A stretch of DNA of 64,000 nucleotides, from positions 2,528,001-2,592,000 of the forward strand of contig JASGHJ010000002.1 of NCBI GenBank assembly GCA_047602405.1, in the 5' to 3' direction. This document shows, piece by piece, positions 41,310 through 51,758 of this stretch. The notes beneath the pieces are model-generated. The model was not told the origin of the DNA. It saw only the letters and a list, made by a program, of their open reading frames with translations, and made no database searches. Position 1 is the stretch's first letter, and each line of letters starts with the position of its first letter. The translations under genes were made by a program, and so were the position numbers. This stretch comes from Anaeromyxobacteraceae bacterium. GTDB lineage: Bacteria; Myxococcota; Myxococcia; Myxococcales; Anaeromyxobacteraceae.

Positions 41310-43426
41310 GTGAGCCGATCCACGCCGGCCCCCACCGCGGCCCTGGCCGGGAGCCTCGCCGTCCTCGCGGTCGCGATCGCGCTCGGCGCCACGGTCATCG
41401 GCCAGGCCGAGCGCGCCTGGCGCGCCGAGCAGCGGGCCGCCGCCTCCGCCCGGGCGGCCACCGCGGCCTTCGCCCTGGAGCACGAGGTGTCCCGCGGCCT
41501 CTCGGCCACCTTCACGCTCGCCGCGCTCGTGCTGGTCGACCCGAACTTCGAGGGCTTCGAGGAGCTCGCCGCCCAGCTCCTGCCCAACTACGGCGCGATC
41601 GACACGGTGCAGCTCGCCCCGAGCGGCGTCATCACGCGCATCTTCCCGCTCGACGGGAACGAGTCCGCGATCGGACACGACCTGCTCCGCGACCCCGACC
41701 GGCGCTTCCAGGCGCTCGAGGCGATGCGCACCCGGCAGCTCGTCGTGGCGGGCCCCTTCGAGCTCCGGCAGGGCGGCGTCGGGCTCGTCGGCCGGGTCGC
41801 CGTCTTCCTCCGCGACCCCCGCGCGCCGCAGGGCGAGCGCTTCTGGGGCTTCGTCACGGCGGTGCTCCGCGTCGAGCGCCTGCTCCGCGCGGCGAACCTG
41901 GAGCACCTGCAGGCGGAGGGCTACCGCTACTCGCTCTCGCGGCTCGACCCGGAGCGGCAGGAGGTGGCGTGCTTCGCGGGCTGCGGCGAGCCGCTGGAGG
42001 CGCCGACCACCTTCCCGGTCTCGGTCCCGAACGGCAGCTGGACGCTCTCGCTCGCCCCGGGCGGCGGGTGGCCCGCGCCGCCCTGGCTCCTGCGCGCGTG
42101 GCTCGTCGCCGGCGCGGTGGCGCTCGCCTTCGCGGGGCTCTCCTGGCGGATCTTCCGCTCGCCCGCGGTGCTCCAGCGGGAGGTGGCGGCGCGCACCGAG
42201 GAGCTCGCGCGCGCCAACGAGGCGCTCGCGCGGGAGATGGCGCGGCTGCGCGAGGCGGAGGAGGCCGCCCGCGCCGCGGAGGAGCAGCTGCGCCAGTCGC
42301 AGAAGCTCGAGGCGGTGGGGCAGCTCGCCGGCGGCGTCGCCCACGACTTCAACAACCTCCTCACCGGCATCATGGGCGAGGCCTCCGTGCTCGCCGAGCG
42401 GACCGCGCCCGGCACGGAGGAGCGCGAGGCGGTGGACGCGATCACCTCCACCGCCCGGCGCGCCGCGGAGCTCACCCGCCGGCTGCTCGGCTTCGCCCGG
42501 CGCGAGCCGCTGCGGAGCGAGCGGTTCGACGTGCACGAGGTGATCCGGGAGCTCGCCCGCCTGCTGGCGAGGACGCTCGACGCCCGCGTGGTCGTGGAGC
42601 TCCGGCTCGAGGCGCCCCGCTCGACGGTGAGCGGGGATCCCGGGCGGCTCCAGCAGGCGCTCCTCAACCTCGCGCTGAACGCGCGCGACGCGATGCCCGG
42701 GGGCGGCCGGCTGGTCTTCGAGACCCGGGTCGTCGAGCGCGACGAGGGGTGGCGCACGCGCCAGCACCCCGGGGCGGCCGCGGGGCCGCACCTCGTGGTC
42801 GCGGTGACCGACTCGGGGCCGGGCGTGCCGCCGGAGCTGCAGGGCGGATCTTCGAGCCGTTCTTCACGACGAAGCCGCGCGGCCACGGGACCGGCCTCGG
42901 GCTGGCGCTCGTCTACGGCACCGCCGCCGCGCACGGCGGCGCGGTCGAGCTCGAGAGCCCGCCCGGCGGCGGCGCCCGGTTCGTCGTCTCGCTGCCGCTC
43001 GCGGAGGGGGAGGCCGAGGCCGGGCCGCGGCCGCTGCCCGGGGCGGCGCCGGCCGGGCGCGGTGGCCTCGTGCTCGTCATCGACGACCACGACGTCCCGC
43101 GCGACACGGCGGTCCGGCTCCTCCGCGCGGCGGGGTACGCGGCCCACGGCGCACCCGGCGCCGCCGAGGGGATCGCCTGGTTCCGCCAGCACGGCGCGGC
43201 CGTCCAGGCGGTGCTGCTCGACGTGGCGATGCCCGGCATGGACGGCCTCGCCTGCCGCGAGGAGCTGCTGCGGATCCGGGCGAACGTGCCCGTCGTCTTC
43301 ACCTCCGGCTACGCGAGCGACGGGCGGGCCCAGGGCCTGGCCGCGCGCGGCGAGGCGGGGTTCGTCCAGAAGCCGTTCGACGGGCCGGCCCTGCTCGAGG
43401 CGATCGCGCGCGCGGCGGGGCCTTAG
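41310..43426 (+). CDS. CHASE-sensor hybrid histidine kinase-receiver, frameshifted at about 42843
   Basis: [23 protein letters not shown]; the frame then switches to [16 protein letters not shown] and a receiver domain. Confidence 0.85.
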
Positions 43427-43887
43427 CCCCTGCCCTTGCGCCGCACGTACACCACCTTCTCGACCTCCGCGCAGGCGAGCCCTTCCTCGGAGAGGAGCCG
43501 GACCGTGTACGTGCGGTCCACCGAGCGCGCCCCGGCGTCCAGGGCGGCGCGGATCGCCCGGAGCTCCTCCTCGTCGAGCCGGAGCGTCGCCCGCAGCGTG
43601 TCCCGGCCCGGCTTGAGGAACCGGATGGAAGCCGCCTTGTCCCAGACCACGTAGTCCGGGCCGAGGTTCTTCATCAGCATGATCATGTAGAAGGGATCCA
43701 CGGCGCCGTAGATCGAGCCGCCGAAGATCGTGCCGACGTAGTTCCGCGTCCTGACCGAAAGCGGGAGCTCGACCCTAACCTCGCGCCAGTCCGAGGCGAT
43801 GTAGGTCACCTTCCCGCCGGTGCCGAAGTAGGCCGGGAAGACGTTGAAGCCGTGGCGGGTCACGCGCGTGCGGAGCGACTCGGGCAT
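43423..43887 (-). CDS. DUF4442/PaaI-like hotdog-fold protein
   Basis: [28 protein letters not shown]. Confidence 0.85.
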   Translation of the reverse strand: MPESLRTRVTRHGFNVFPAYFGTGGKVTYIASDWREVRVELPLSVRTRNYVGTIFGGSIYGAVDPFYMIMLMKNLGPDYVVWDKAASIRFLKPGRDTLRATLRLDEEELRAIRAALDAGARSVDRTYTVRLLSEEGLACAEVEKVVYVRRKGRG

Positions 43888-43952
43888 ACGGCCCTGGTTC
43901 TACGTCACGGAGGGTTCACGCGCGAGCCCTTCGGCGGTGTTAGGAGACCCGC

Positions 43953-45092
43953 ATGGGCGAGGGATGCGGCCAGGGGCCGCTCCGGGAGGTGGCCGCGGTG
44001 TTCCTCCGGCTGGGGCTGACCGCGTTCGGGGGGCCGGCGGCGCACGTCGCGTTGATGCAGGCGGAGCTCGTGGAGCGGCGCCGGTGGGTGAGCCGCGAGC
44101 GGTTCCTCGACCTCGTCGCGGCGGCGAACCTCATCCCGGGGCCGAACTCGACCGAGCTCGCCATCCACCTCGGCTACCTGCGGGCGGGGTGGCCCGGGCT
44201 CCTCGTCGCGGGCGCGTGCTTCATCGTCCCCGCCGCGCTCTCGACGGCCGGCCTGGCCTGGGCGTACCTCCGCTTCGGCGCCCTCCCCGACGCGGTGGCG
44301 GTGCTGGCCGCCGTGAAGCCGGTGGTGTTCGTGATCGTCGCCGACGCGCTCTGGAAGTTCCTGCGGTCGAGCGTGCGGCGGACGGCGGACGGCCTGCTCG
44401 CCGCGGCCGCGCTCGCGGCGGCGGCGCTGGGCGCGCCGGAGCTCGCCGTGCTCCTGGCCGGCGGGCTCCTCGCGGCCCTCCGGGCGGGCCCGGCGCGCGG
44501 CGTGGCGGCCGGGCTGGTCGCGCCGCTCGTCGTGCCGCTCGCGGCCGCCGCCGCGCCGGCGGCGCCCGCCACCGCCGCGGGGCTGTTCTGGGTGTTCGCG
44601 AAGATCGGCTCGGTGCTCTTCGGCTCGGGCTACGTGCTGCTCGCGTTCCTGCGCGCCGAGCTCGTCGAGCGGCTGGGCTGGCTCACGACGCCGCAGCTCC
44701 TCGACGCGATCGCGGCGGGCCAGCTCACGCCCGGGCCCCTGTTCTCCACCGCCACGTTCGTCGGGTGGGTGGCCGGCGGCCCCGCGGGGGCGGCGGCGGC
44801 GACGGCCGGGATCTTCCTCCCCGCGTTCGTCTTCGTCGCCCTCTCCGGTCCGCTCGTGCCGCGGGTCAGGGCCTCGCCCACCGCGCGGGCGTTCCTCGAG
44901 GGCGTGGTGCTCGCCTCGCTCGGCCTCATGGCGCTCGTGACGGCGCAGCTCGGTGCCGAGGCGTTCGGCTCGATCACCCAGCTCCTGATCGGGCTCGCCG
45001 CCGCGGTCCTGGTGATCCGCTCCACCGTCGGTCCGGCCTGGATCGTCGCCAGCGCCGCCGCGGCGGGCTGGGCGCTCGCGCTCCTCCGTTGA
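43953..45092 (+). CDS. chrA: Chromate ion transporter (CHR family)
   Basis: TAFGGPAAH, IPGPNSTE, FGSGY, GQLTPGP. Confidence 0.9.
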   Translation: MGEGCGQGPLREVAAVFLRLGLTAFGGPAAHVALMQAELVERRRWVSRERFLDLVAAANLIPGPNSTELAIHLGYLRAGWPGLLVAGACFIVPAALSTAGLAWAYLRFGALPDAVAVLAAVKPVVFVIVADALWKFLRSSVRRTADGLLAAAALAAAALGAPELAVLLAGGLLAALRAGPARGVAAGLVAPLVVPLAAAAAPAAPATAAGLFWVFAKIGSVLFGSGYVLLAFLRAELVERLGWLTTPQLLDAIAAGQLTPGPLFSTATFVGWVAGGPAGAAAATAGIFLPAFVFVALSGPLVPRVRASPTARAFLEGVVLASLGLMALVTAQLGAEAFGSITQLLIGLAAAVLVIRSTVGPAWIVASAAAAGWALALLR

Positions 45093-45099
45093 AGGGGCG

Positions 45100-46356
45100 T
45101 CAGGGCGACCGCGCCGGGGCCACCCGCCCGGCTCCGCGCCCGGCCTCCTCCGCCGCGGCCCCCTCGAGCCGGCGCCGGCGCGGCCCCGCGATGAGCAGGT
45201 GGAGCCCGGCGGCGGCGGCGCCCAGCACGAGGCACGCCCCCCACAGCGCACCGCCGCCCGAGCGCGCCAGCACGGCGCCGCCCGTCGCGGGCGCGAGGAA
45301 GCTCGCGAGCCCCCAGCTCATCGAGAGCGCGCCCTGGTACCGGCCCCGCCGGTCCGGCGGCGCGAGGCTCGCCACCGTCGAGGCCTGGAACGGCTCGCCC
45401 ACCACCTCACCCACCGTCCAGATCAGGACCCCGAGCGCGTAGAGCCCCGGCGTGTGCCCCACGCCGTGGAACGCGTAGCCCGCGCCGGTGAGGAGCGCCG
45501 AGAGCGCGAGCACCCGCCCCGGGTCGCGCCGCGCCACGAGCGCCAGCACGGGCGCCTGGAGGAGCACCACGCCGGCGCCGTTCAGCGCCATGAGCGCGCC
45601 GTAGGTCGACGGCTCGATGCCGTGGGCCGCCATGTCGACGGGCAGCGCCACCTGGAACTGGAAGTAGACGAGCAGCGTGACGAGGTTCACCCCCAGGAAC
45701 GCGAGGAGGTGCGCGTCGCGGAAGGCCACCGCCAGCCCGCGCAGGGCCGGCTCGTGCGCGGCCTGCGCCGCCGGCCGGGTCTCCGGCACGCGGGCCAGCA
45801 CGACGCCGGCGAAGGCGAGGCTGGTCGCGCCGTCGAGGAGGAAGAGCGCGGCGAAGCTGCGCTCGGCGACGAACCCCGCCGCCGCGAGCCCGACCGCCGT
45901 GCCGAGGTTCACCGCCCAGTAGAGGAGCGCGTAGGCGCGCACGCGGTCGGGCGGCGGCACGACGTCCGCGACGGCGGCCTGCAGCGCCGGGCGGTAGAGA
46001 TCGCCGAAGAGCCCGAGCGCGCAGGTGAGCGCCGCCACCGCCCGCACGTCCCGCACGAACCCGAGCGCGACCGCGATGGCGCCGCCGACGACGAGCCCCG
46101 CCGCGAGCGTGGGCCGGCGCCCCACGCGGTCGGCGAGGAACCCGCCGAGGAGGTTCCCGGCCACCGCGCCGAGCCCCCACAGCGAGACGACGAGCCCCGC
46201 CTCTCCCGCGTCGAGCCCGCGCTCGCGCGTCAGGTAGAGGCTCATGAACGGCACGACGAAGGTCGCGAGCCGGTTCACGAGGAGGCCGGTCCAGAGCGTC
46301 CAGTAGACGCGCGGCAGGCCACGGACGACGGCGGAGAGCGCGGGCACGGCGTCCAC
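45100..46356 (-). CDS. MFS transporter
   Basis: Motif A (GFLADRVGRR), about 12 TM segments. Confidence 0.88.
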   Translation of the reverse strand: MDAVPALSAVVRGLPRVYWTLWTGLLVNRLATFVVPFMSLYLTRERGLDAGEAGLVVSLWGLGAVAGNLLGGFLADRVGRRPTLAAGLVVGGAIAVALGFVRDVRAVAALTCALGLFGDLYRPALQAAVADVVPPPDRVRAYALLYWAVNLGTAVGLAAAGFVAERSFAALFLLDGATSLAFAGVVLARVPETRPAAQAAHEPALRGLAVAFRDAHLLAFLGVNLVTLLVYFQFQVALPVDMAAHGIEPSTYGALMALNGAGVVLLQAPVLALVARRDPGRVLALSALLTGAGYAFHGVGHTPGLYALGVLIWTVGEVVGEPFQASTVASLAPPDRRGRYQGALSMSWGLASFLAPATGGAVLARSGGGALWGACLVLGAAAAGLHLLIAGPRRRRLEGAAAEEAGRGAGRVAPARSP

Positions 46357-46417
46357 CGTAGCGGAGGGCCGCCCGGCCGACCACGTGCAGCCCTGCGCGG
46401 GGGCCCCGCGCGGACGC

Positions 46418-46993
46418 TCACCCCTCGCCGGCGGGCTCCGGGCGGTAGAGCCCGCGCTCGGCGACGTACGCGAGGACCTTCCGCGGCACGAGGCCGGAGA
46501 CGTCCTCGCCGCGGGCGATGCGCGCGCGGACCTCGGTCGAGGAGATGCGCGGGAGCACCGGCGCGCCCGGCACGGGGGGCCACCCCTCGCGCCCGACGAC
46601 CACGACGCGCGCGAGCTCCTGCACGCGGTCCCAGCGGTACCACTTGTCGGTGTCGGGCAGGATGTCCGCCCCGACGAGCAGGGTGAACCGGTGGTCCGGG
46701 TGCTTCGCGACGAGGTGCTCGAGCGTGCGGGCGGTTCGCCCGGCGAGCGGGTCGTCCCGGAGCTCCGCCTCGGCGCCGCAGACGCCGACGCCGCGCACGT
46801 GCCGGGCCGCGAGCTCGCACATGCGCAGGCGATCCGCCCACGGCGCGAGCACCTTCCCGAAGGCGTGGCGCCAGGTGGGGAGGAGCCAGACCTCAGAGAC
46901 GTCCTGGGTGGCGAGCGCCCAGTACGCGGCCATCAGGTGGGCGACGTGGGGCGGGTTGAAGGACCCGCCGAGGAGCGCGACCGAGCGGGGCAT
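46418..46993 (-). CDS. nadD: Nicotinate-nucleotide adenylyltransferase
   Basis: GGSFNPPHVAH, GAD, ISSTEVR. Confidence 0.92.
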   Translation of the reverse strand: MPRSVALLGGSFNPPHVAHLMAAYWALATQDVSEVWLLPTWRHAFGKVLAPWADRLRMCELAARHVRGVGVCGAEAELRDDPLAGRTARTLEHLVAKHPDHRFTLLVGADILPDTDKWYRWDRVQELARVVVVGREGWPPVPGAPVLPRISSTEVRARIARGEDVSGLVPRKVLAYVAERGLYRPEPAGEG

Positions 46994-47541
46994 CACTTCA
47001 CCGAGAGCTTCGTCACCCGCTGGAGCGTGACCTTCTCCTTGCGGAGCTCGCGGGCGTCCTCCGAGAAGACCGTCATCTCCACGAGCACCGGCCCGGCGTC
47101 GAGCAGCACGAAGGTGGCCGGGCTGCCGTTCGGCGCGGGGCTGCGCAGGTGACCCGGGGTCACGAAGCAGCGCGGCCCGATCCCGACGAGGGCGGCCTGC
47201 GCGCTGTTGCCGTGCAGGATGAGCACCGCGTTCTCGATGTCGTCCCGGGAGAGCTCCGACTTGTCGTGGACGAGGCACGCGACGCGCCCGTCCACGAGGT
47301 CGACCTGCTTCCTCGGCACCACCTTCGCCTCGTACTCGGGGCAGGCCCGGCTCGCGACCTTCACCACGTTCCTCAGCGGCCCGCCGGCCGGCGGCCCGCG
47401 CCGCACCAGCACGGCCTCGAGGTCGGAGACCCGGCCGCCCAGGAAGAAGACGCGCTCGGCCTGGGCGCGCACGAAGAGGTCGAGCGCGCGGTCGAGCGCG
47501 TCGAGGTTCCCGAACGTGTCGCTGACGATGCCCAGCCTCAC
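46993..47541 (-). CDS. Metallophosphoesterase-fold protein with degenerate metal ligands
   Basis: LGIVSDTFGN, ILHGNS, FVTPGHL. Confidence 0.65.
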   Translation of the reverse strand: MRLGIVSDTFGNLDALDRALDLFVRAQAERVFFLGGRVSDLEAVLVRRGPPAGGPLRNVVKVASRACPEYEAKVVPRKQVDLVDGRVACLVHDKSELSRDDIENAVLILHGNSAQAALVGIGPRCFVTPGHLRSPAPNGSPATFVLLDAGPVLVEMTVFSEDARELRKEKVTLQRVTKLSVK

Positions 47542-47545
47542 GCGA

Positions 47546-47589
47546 AACGCAGCCTCAAGGAAAACGCAGCCTCGGGGGAACGCAGCCTC
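47546..47589. repeat. Three direct copies of AACGCAGCCTC (period 16-17 bp)
   Basis: Copies start at 47546, 47563 and 47579. Confidence 0.85.
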
Positions 47590-47606
47590 GAGGGACCGAG
47601 CCTACC

Positions 47607-48790
47607 TCACGGGCCGTACCGCAGGTAAGGCGCCCGGCGTCGTGCGAACGCGCGGGCCTCCGCGTCGCCCGGCGCCGCCACCTCCCGGAGCCCCGCCCCC
47701 GCCTGGAGCGCGGCCCGCTCCCGGGCGGAGCCCGCCAGCAGGTCGAACGCCGGCACGCCCTCCACGAACTCGTAGGTCTCGGTCCGCCAGCGGAACCGCT
47801 GCGGATCCTGCCGCCGGGCGTGCAGGACGACGGCGAGGCCCGTCCGCCAGGGCCGGAACCGATCGGGCTCGTTCACGAGGAGCTCCACGCCGTGGCACCT
47901 CACCCCGGCGTGCTTGTCCCAGGTGGGCACGAAGGACGCCGGGCGGAAGCCCACGCCCGGGAGCCGCTCCGCCGCGAGGTCGGCGGCGAGCCGGGCCCCG
48001 TCGAGCCACGGCGCGCCCATGAGCTCGAAGGGCTTCGTCGTGCCCCGCCCCTCCGAGAGGTTGGTGCCCTCGAGCAGGCACATCCCCGGGTACACGAGCG
48101 CGGTCTCCGGGGTCGGCATGTTGGGCGACGGGAGCACCCACGGCAGCCCGGTCTCGCGGTACCGCGCGCCGCGCCGCCACCCCTCGCACGGCACGACCTC
48201 GAGCGCCACGTCGAGGCCCCGCTCGGCGCGGAAGAGCGCCGCGAGCTCGCCCACGGTCAGCCCGTGGCGCACCGCGAGGTCGTGGAGGCCGCAGAAGCTC
48301 TCGAACCCCGGGGTGAGCCGCGGCCCCTCGACGTCGAGCCCGCCGATGGGGTTCGGCCGGTCGAGCACGACGAAGCCGATCCCCGCCTCGGCCGCCGCCT
48401 CCATGCAGAGCATCATGGTGGCCTGGTAGGTGTACCAGCGCGTGCCGACGTCCTGGATGTCGAAGACGAGCGCGTCGAGCCCGCGGAGCGCCTCGGCGGT
48501 GGGGCGCAGCGAGGCCTCGGTCGAGCCGTAGAGCGAGTGGACCGGCACGCCGGTGCGCGGGTCCCGCTCGCCGCCGACCGCGGCCATGTACTGGGCGTCC
48601 CCGCGTACGCCGTGCTCCGGCCCGAACAGGGCCGCGAGCGTGACGCCCTTCGCCGCGTGCAGGAGGTCGGCCGCGTGCTCGAGCCGGGCGGTGACCGCGG
48701 TCGGGTTGCACACGAGCCCGACGCGCCGCCCGCGCAGCGCGCGGAAGCGCGTGGCGGCGAGCGCGTCGAGGCCCGACCGGACCCGCCCGC
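47607..48790 (-). CDS. namZ: Exo-beta-N-acetylmuramidase NamZ (DUF1343); start codon unclear
   Basis: LFGPEHG, FDIQDVG, LDRPNP, PSPNMPT, SEGRGTT. Confidence 0.88.
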
Positions 48791-48792
48791 GG

Positions 48793-50247
48793 TCAGGCGC
48801 CCGGGTTCGTGAAGTTGAACGTGAACGAGTAGCGGCCGGGGCGGCTCGCCGGGTAGGTCGCATCGCGGAGGTTCCAGTAGGCGCTGGCGCGGACGTCGCC
48901 GTCGTGCATCGAGTCCTCGAGCACCTCGACGAGGGTGGCGGACCCCGAGGCGTCCACGGTCACCCGCACCTTGAGGACGCCGTTCAGGGCGGGCGCCTCG
49001 GCGAGGCGGGCACGGAAGGTCCGGTCCACGAGGCCCGAGACCGCCTTCTGCAGCGCGTTCACGTCCGACTTCTTGAGGCGCTTCAGGTTGACCCGCTCCT
49101 CGACCTTCGCGAGCTCGGGCTGCGCGGCGGGGCCCGCGGCCCGGAGCGACTCGATGGCCTCCAGCGTCTCGCCGCGCGCGAGGTGGACCTTCCCGAGGCC
49201 GAGCTGCGCCGCCCCGTCCCTCGGATCGACCGCGAGGGCGCGCTTCAGCGCCTTCTCGGCGAGGTCCCACTCCTGCGCGTCGATCCGGAGCTCGGCGAGG
49301 CGGCGCCAGCGCGGGGTCTGCGGGTCGAGCGCGCCGAGGCGCTCGAGGGCCTTCTTCTCGGTCTCCACGTCGGCCGCGGCCCGCGCGGTGTCGGCGAGCG
49401 CCTCGAGGCCCTGCGGGTCCTCCCGGAGCGCCACCGCGGCCTTCCACTGCTCCTTCGCGCTCGCGGGGTCGCCCGCCTTCACGTAGAGCCCCGCGAGCGT
49501 GGCGCGGGCGCGGCGGTCCGAGGGGCTCGCCTCGACCGCCCGGGCCCAGAGCGAGATGGCCTCCCGGTCCTGCCCGGCCGCGAGCGCGAGCTCGCCGAGG
49601 AGCTCGAGCGACGGCACGTAGCGGGCGTCCCCGGCGAGGGCCGCCTCCGCCTCGCGCCTCGCGCCGTCCACGTCCCCGGCCCGGCGCGCGAGCCGGGCGA
49701 GGCCGAGGTGCGCGTCGGGGTTCCCGGCGTCGGCGGCGAGCACGGCGCGGTAGTCCGCGGCGGCCTCGGCGTCGCGCTCCTTCCGCTCGTGGGCCCGGGC
49801 GCGCGCGTGGATCGCGAGCCAGCAGTCCGGCTCGATCGCCAGCGCGCGGGCCACGGCCTGCTCGGCCTGGTCGATCACGTTCCAGTCGACGTACACGAGC
49901 GCCATCCCGACGTGCGGCAGGGCCGACTGCGGGAACTTCTTCGCGAGCGCCTTGAAGGCGGCCCACCGGGCCTCGCCGGCGGGCTGCGCGTACACCGCGA
50001 GGAAGGCCGCCGGCGCGTCGACCGGCGCCCGCGCGGCCGCCTCGGACCAGCGGCGGCGCTCGTCGGCCACGTCGCCCCGCCGGTCGGCGCCGTCGATCGC
50101 GGTCATGGCGCGGGCGACCGGCACGAGGTCCTGCCGCGGCAGCCCGGCCTGGGCCTGCCCCGCGCCCGTCGGACGGGCGGGTTCCGCGGCCGCGGCGAGG
50201 GCCGGGGTGGCGGCGAGGACGAGGAGCGCGAGCCGGGGGAGTCGCAT
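48793..50247 (-). CDS. Exported TPR protein with C-terminal TonB/AgmX-PglI-like domain
   Basis: Signal peptide, many TPR repeats, LNGVLKVRVTVDASG C-terminus. Confidence 0.7.
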   Translation of the reverse strand: MRLPRLALLVLAATPALAAAAEPARPTGAGQAQAGLPRQDLVPVARAMTAIDGADRRGDVADERRRWSEAAARAPVDAPAAFLAVYAQPAGEARWAAFKALAKKFPQSALPHVGMALVYVDWNVIDQAEQAVARALAIEPDCWLAIHARARAHERKERDAEAAADYRAVLAADAGNPDAHLGLARLARRAGDVDGARREAEAALAGDARYVPSLELLGELALAAGQDREAISLWARAVEASPSDRRARATLAGLYVKAGDPASAKEQWKAAVALREDPQGLEALADTARAAADVETEKKALERLGALDPQTPRWRRLAELRIDAQEWDLAEKALKRALAVDPRDGAAQLGLGKVHLARGETLEAIESLRAAGPAAQPELAKVEERVNLKRLKKSDVNALQKAVSGLVDRTFRARLAEAPALNGVLKVRVTVDASGSATLVEVLEDSMHDGDVRASAYWNLRDATYPASRPGRYSFTFNFTNPGA

Positions 50248-50309
50248 CGGAGGTGCCTCCGCGGCGAGCGTACCACGCGATCCCGCCCGCGGCGCGGGCG
50301 CACCCGACC

Positions 50310-51428
50310 TCAGCCGCGGACCCCGATCGCTCGGTAGACGCCGAGGATCTCCCGCGCCACCCCGGGCCAGGCGAGCCGGCGCGCCTCGCGGCGGCCGCGC
50401 TCGCCGTAGGCCACCCGCCGGGCCGGCTCCCGCGCCATCCGGAGGATGGCGCGCGCCCAGGCGTTCACGTCGGCGGGGCGGAGCAGCTCGCCCTCCCGTC
50501 CGTGCTGCACGAGCTCGCGGTAGCCGTCCACGTCGGAGGCGAGCAGCGGCCGGCCCGCCGCCATCGCCTCGAGGAGCGTCACCCCGGTGCTCGGCGCCTG
50601 CGACGGGGCGCAGAAGACGTCGGCGCTCGCGTACCAGTCCGGGAGCGCGTCGTCGGGCACCCGGCCGGCGAAGACGACCTCGCCCGGGTCACCGGGGGCG
50701 ACCGCCGCCCGGGCGCGCGCGAGCCACGGCCCATCGCCGACCACGAGGAGACGGAGCCCCTCCACCTGCCGGGCCGCCCGCTGGTACGCCGCGAGGAGCA
50801 CCGCGAGGCCGTTCTTCGGCTGGACGGTCCCCACCCAGAGGAGGTTGATCCGGCCGTCGGCGAAGACGCGCTGGCGCCGGCCGCGGGCGAAGCGGTCGGC
50901 GTCCACCCCGCCGGGCACGATCTTCACCTCGGCCTGCAGGCGCGGGCCGAGCGCGCCGAGCGCGGCCCGGCAAGGCGCGAGCGCGGCGTCGAGCCGGTCG
51001 AGGTGGCGCTGGAGCGTCCGGCCGGCGAGGAGGGCCGCGAGGCCGCGCCGGGGCGGCGCGCCGGGGTGCAGGGTCCCCACGACCGGACCCGGCGCGTGAT
51101 GCACCGCGAGGAGCGGGAGCACCGGCGAGAGCGGCGCGTGCACGTGGATGACGTCGAACCGCTCGCGCCCGAGCACGTCGCGCAGCGCTCCACCGAGGAA
51201 GGCTCCCGAGGTGCGGCGGGCCAGGGCGCCGCGCGCGAGCACGGTCCGGGACGTGCCGATGCGGATGACGTCCTCGGGCCGCTCGACGCCGGGCGGCAGC
51301 GGCCCGCCCCCCGTCACGATGCGCACCTGGTGGCCCAGCCGGCGGGCCTCGCGCGCGAAGCCCTGCACCTGCGCGGCGAGCCCACCCATGGCGGGCCGGT
51401 ACTCCTCGGTGACGATGCCGATCTTCAC
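50310..51428 (-). CDS. GT4 glycosyltransferase (PimA-like)
   Basis: KIGIVTEEY..GG, FDVIHVH, LLEAMAAGRPLLASD. Confidence 0.85.
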   Translation of the reverse strand: MKIGIVTEEYRPAMGGLAAQVQGFAREARRLGHQVRIVTGGGPLPPGVERPEDVIRIGTSRTVLARGALARRTSGAFLGGALRDVLGRERFDVIHVHAPLSPVLPLLAVHHAPGPVVGTLHPGAPPRRGLAALLAGRTLQRHLDRLDAALAPCRAALGALGPRLQAEVKIVPGGVDADRFARGRRQRVFADGRINLLWVGTVQPKNGLAVLLAAYQRAARQVEGLRLLVVGDGPWLARARAAVAPGDPGEVVFAGRVPDDALPDWYASADVFCAPSQAPSTGVTLLEAMAAGRPLLASDVDGYRELVQHGREGELLRPADVNAWARAILRMAREPARRVAYGERGRREARRLAWPGVAREILGVYRAIGVRG

Positions 51429-51442
51429 GGGCCCTGGCTCGG

Positions 51443-51733
51443 CTAGCGCGGGACGGCAGTCCGCGGCGGCTGGAACGGGATCACCCGGGCGCGCCGGGTC
51501 GCGAGCGGCCGGAGCCGGCGGCCCTGGGGGCCGCGGCGGCCCGCGAGCGGCAGGAGCGCGAGGGCGAGCGACAGCCAGGACCGCGCGGTGGCGAGCGCGA
51601 GCGCCAGGAGCGCGAGCAGGGTACGCAGCACGAGCCAGGCGCGAGCGCCGGGACGGCGGGCAGCGGGCCGCGCGGGCAGGAGCCTGAGATGGACGCGAGA
51701 GGTCGTGAAGCCGGTGGGCACGGGCGCTGCCAC
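51443..51733 (-). CDS. Small hypothetical membrane protein
   Basis: GGAG RBS before GTG, two short hydrophobic segments. Confidence 0.5.
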   Translation of the reverse strand: MAAPVPTGFTTSRVHLRLLPARPAARRPGARAWLVLRTLLALLALALATARSWLSLALALLPLAGRRGPQGRRLRPLATRRARVIPFQPPRTAVPR

Positions 51734-51758
51734 CTCCGGTCTGCATCATGATCACTGT

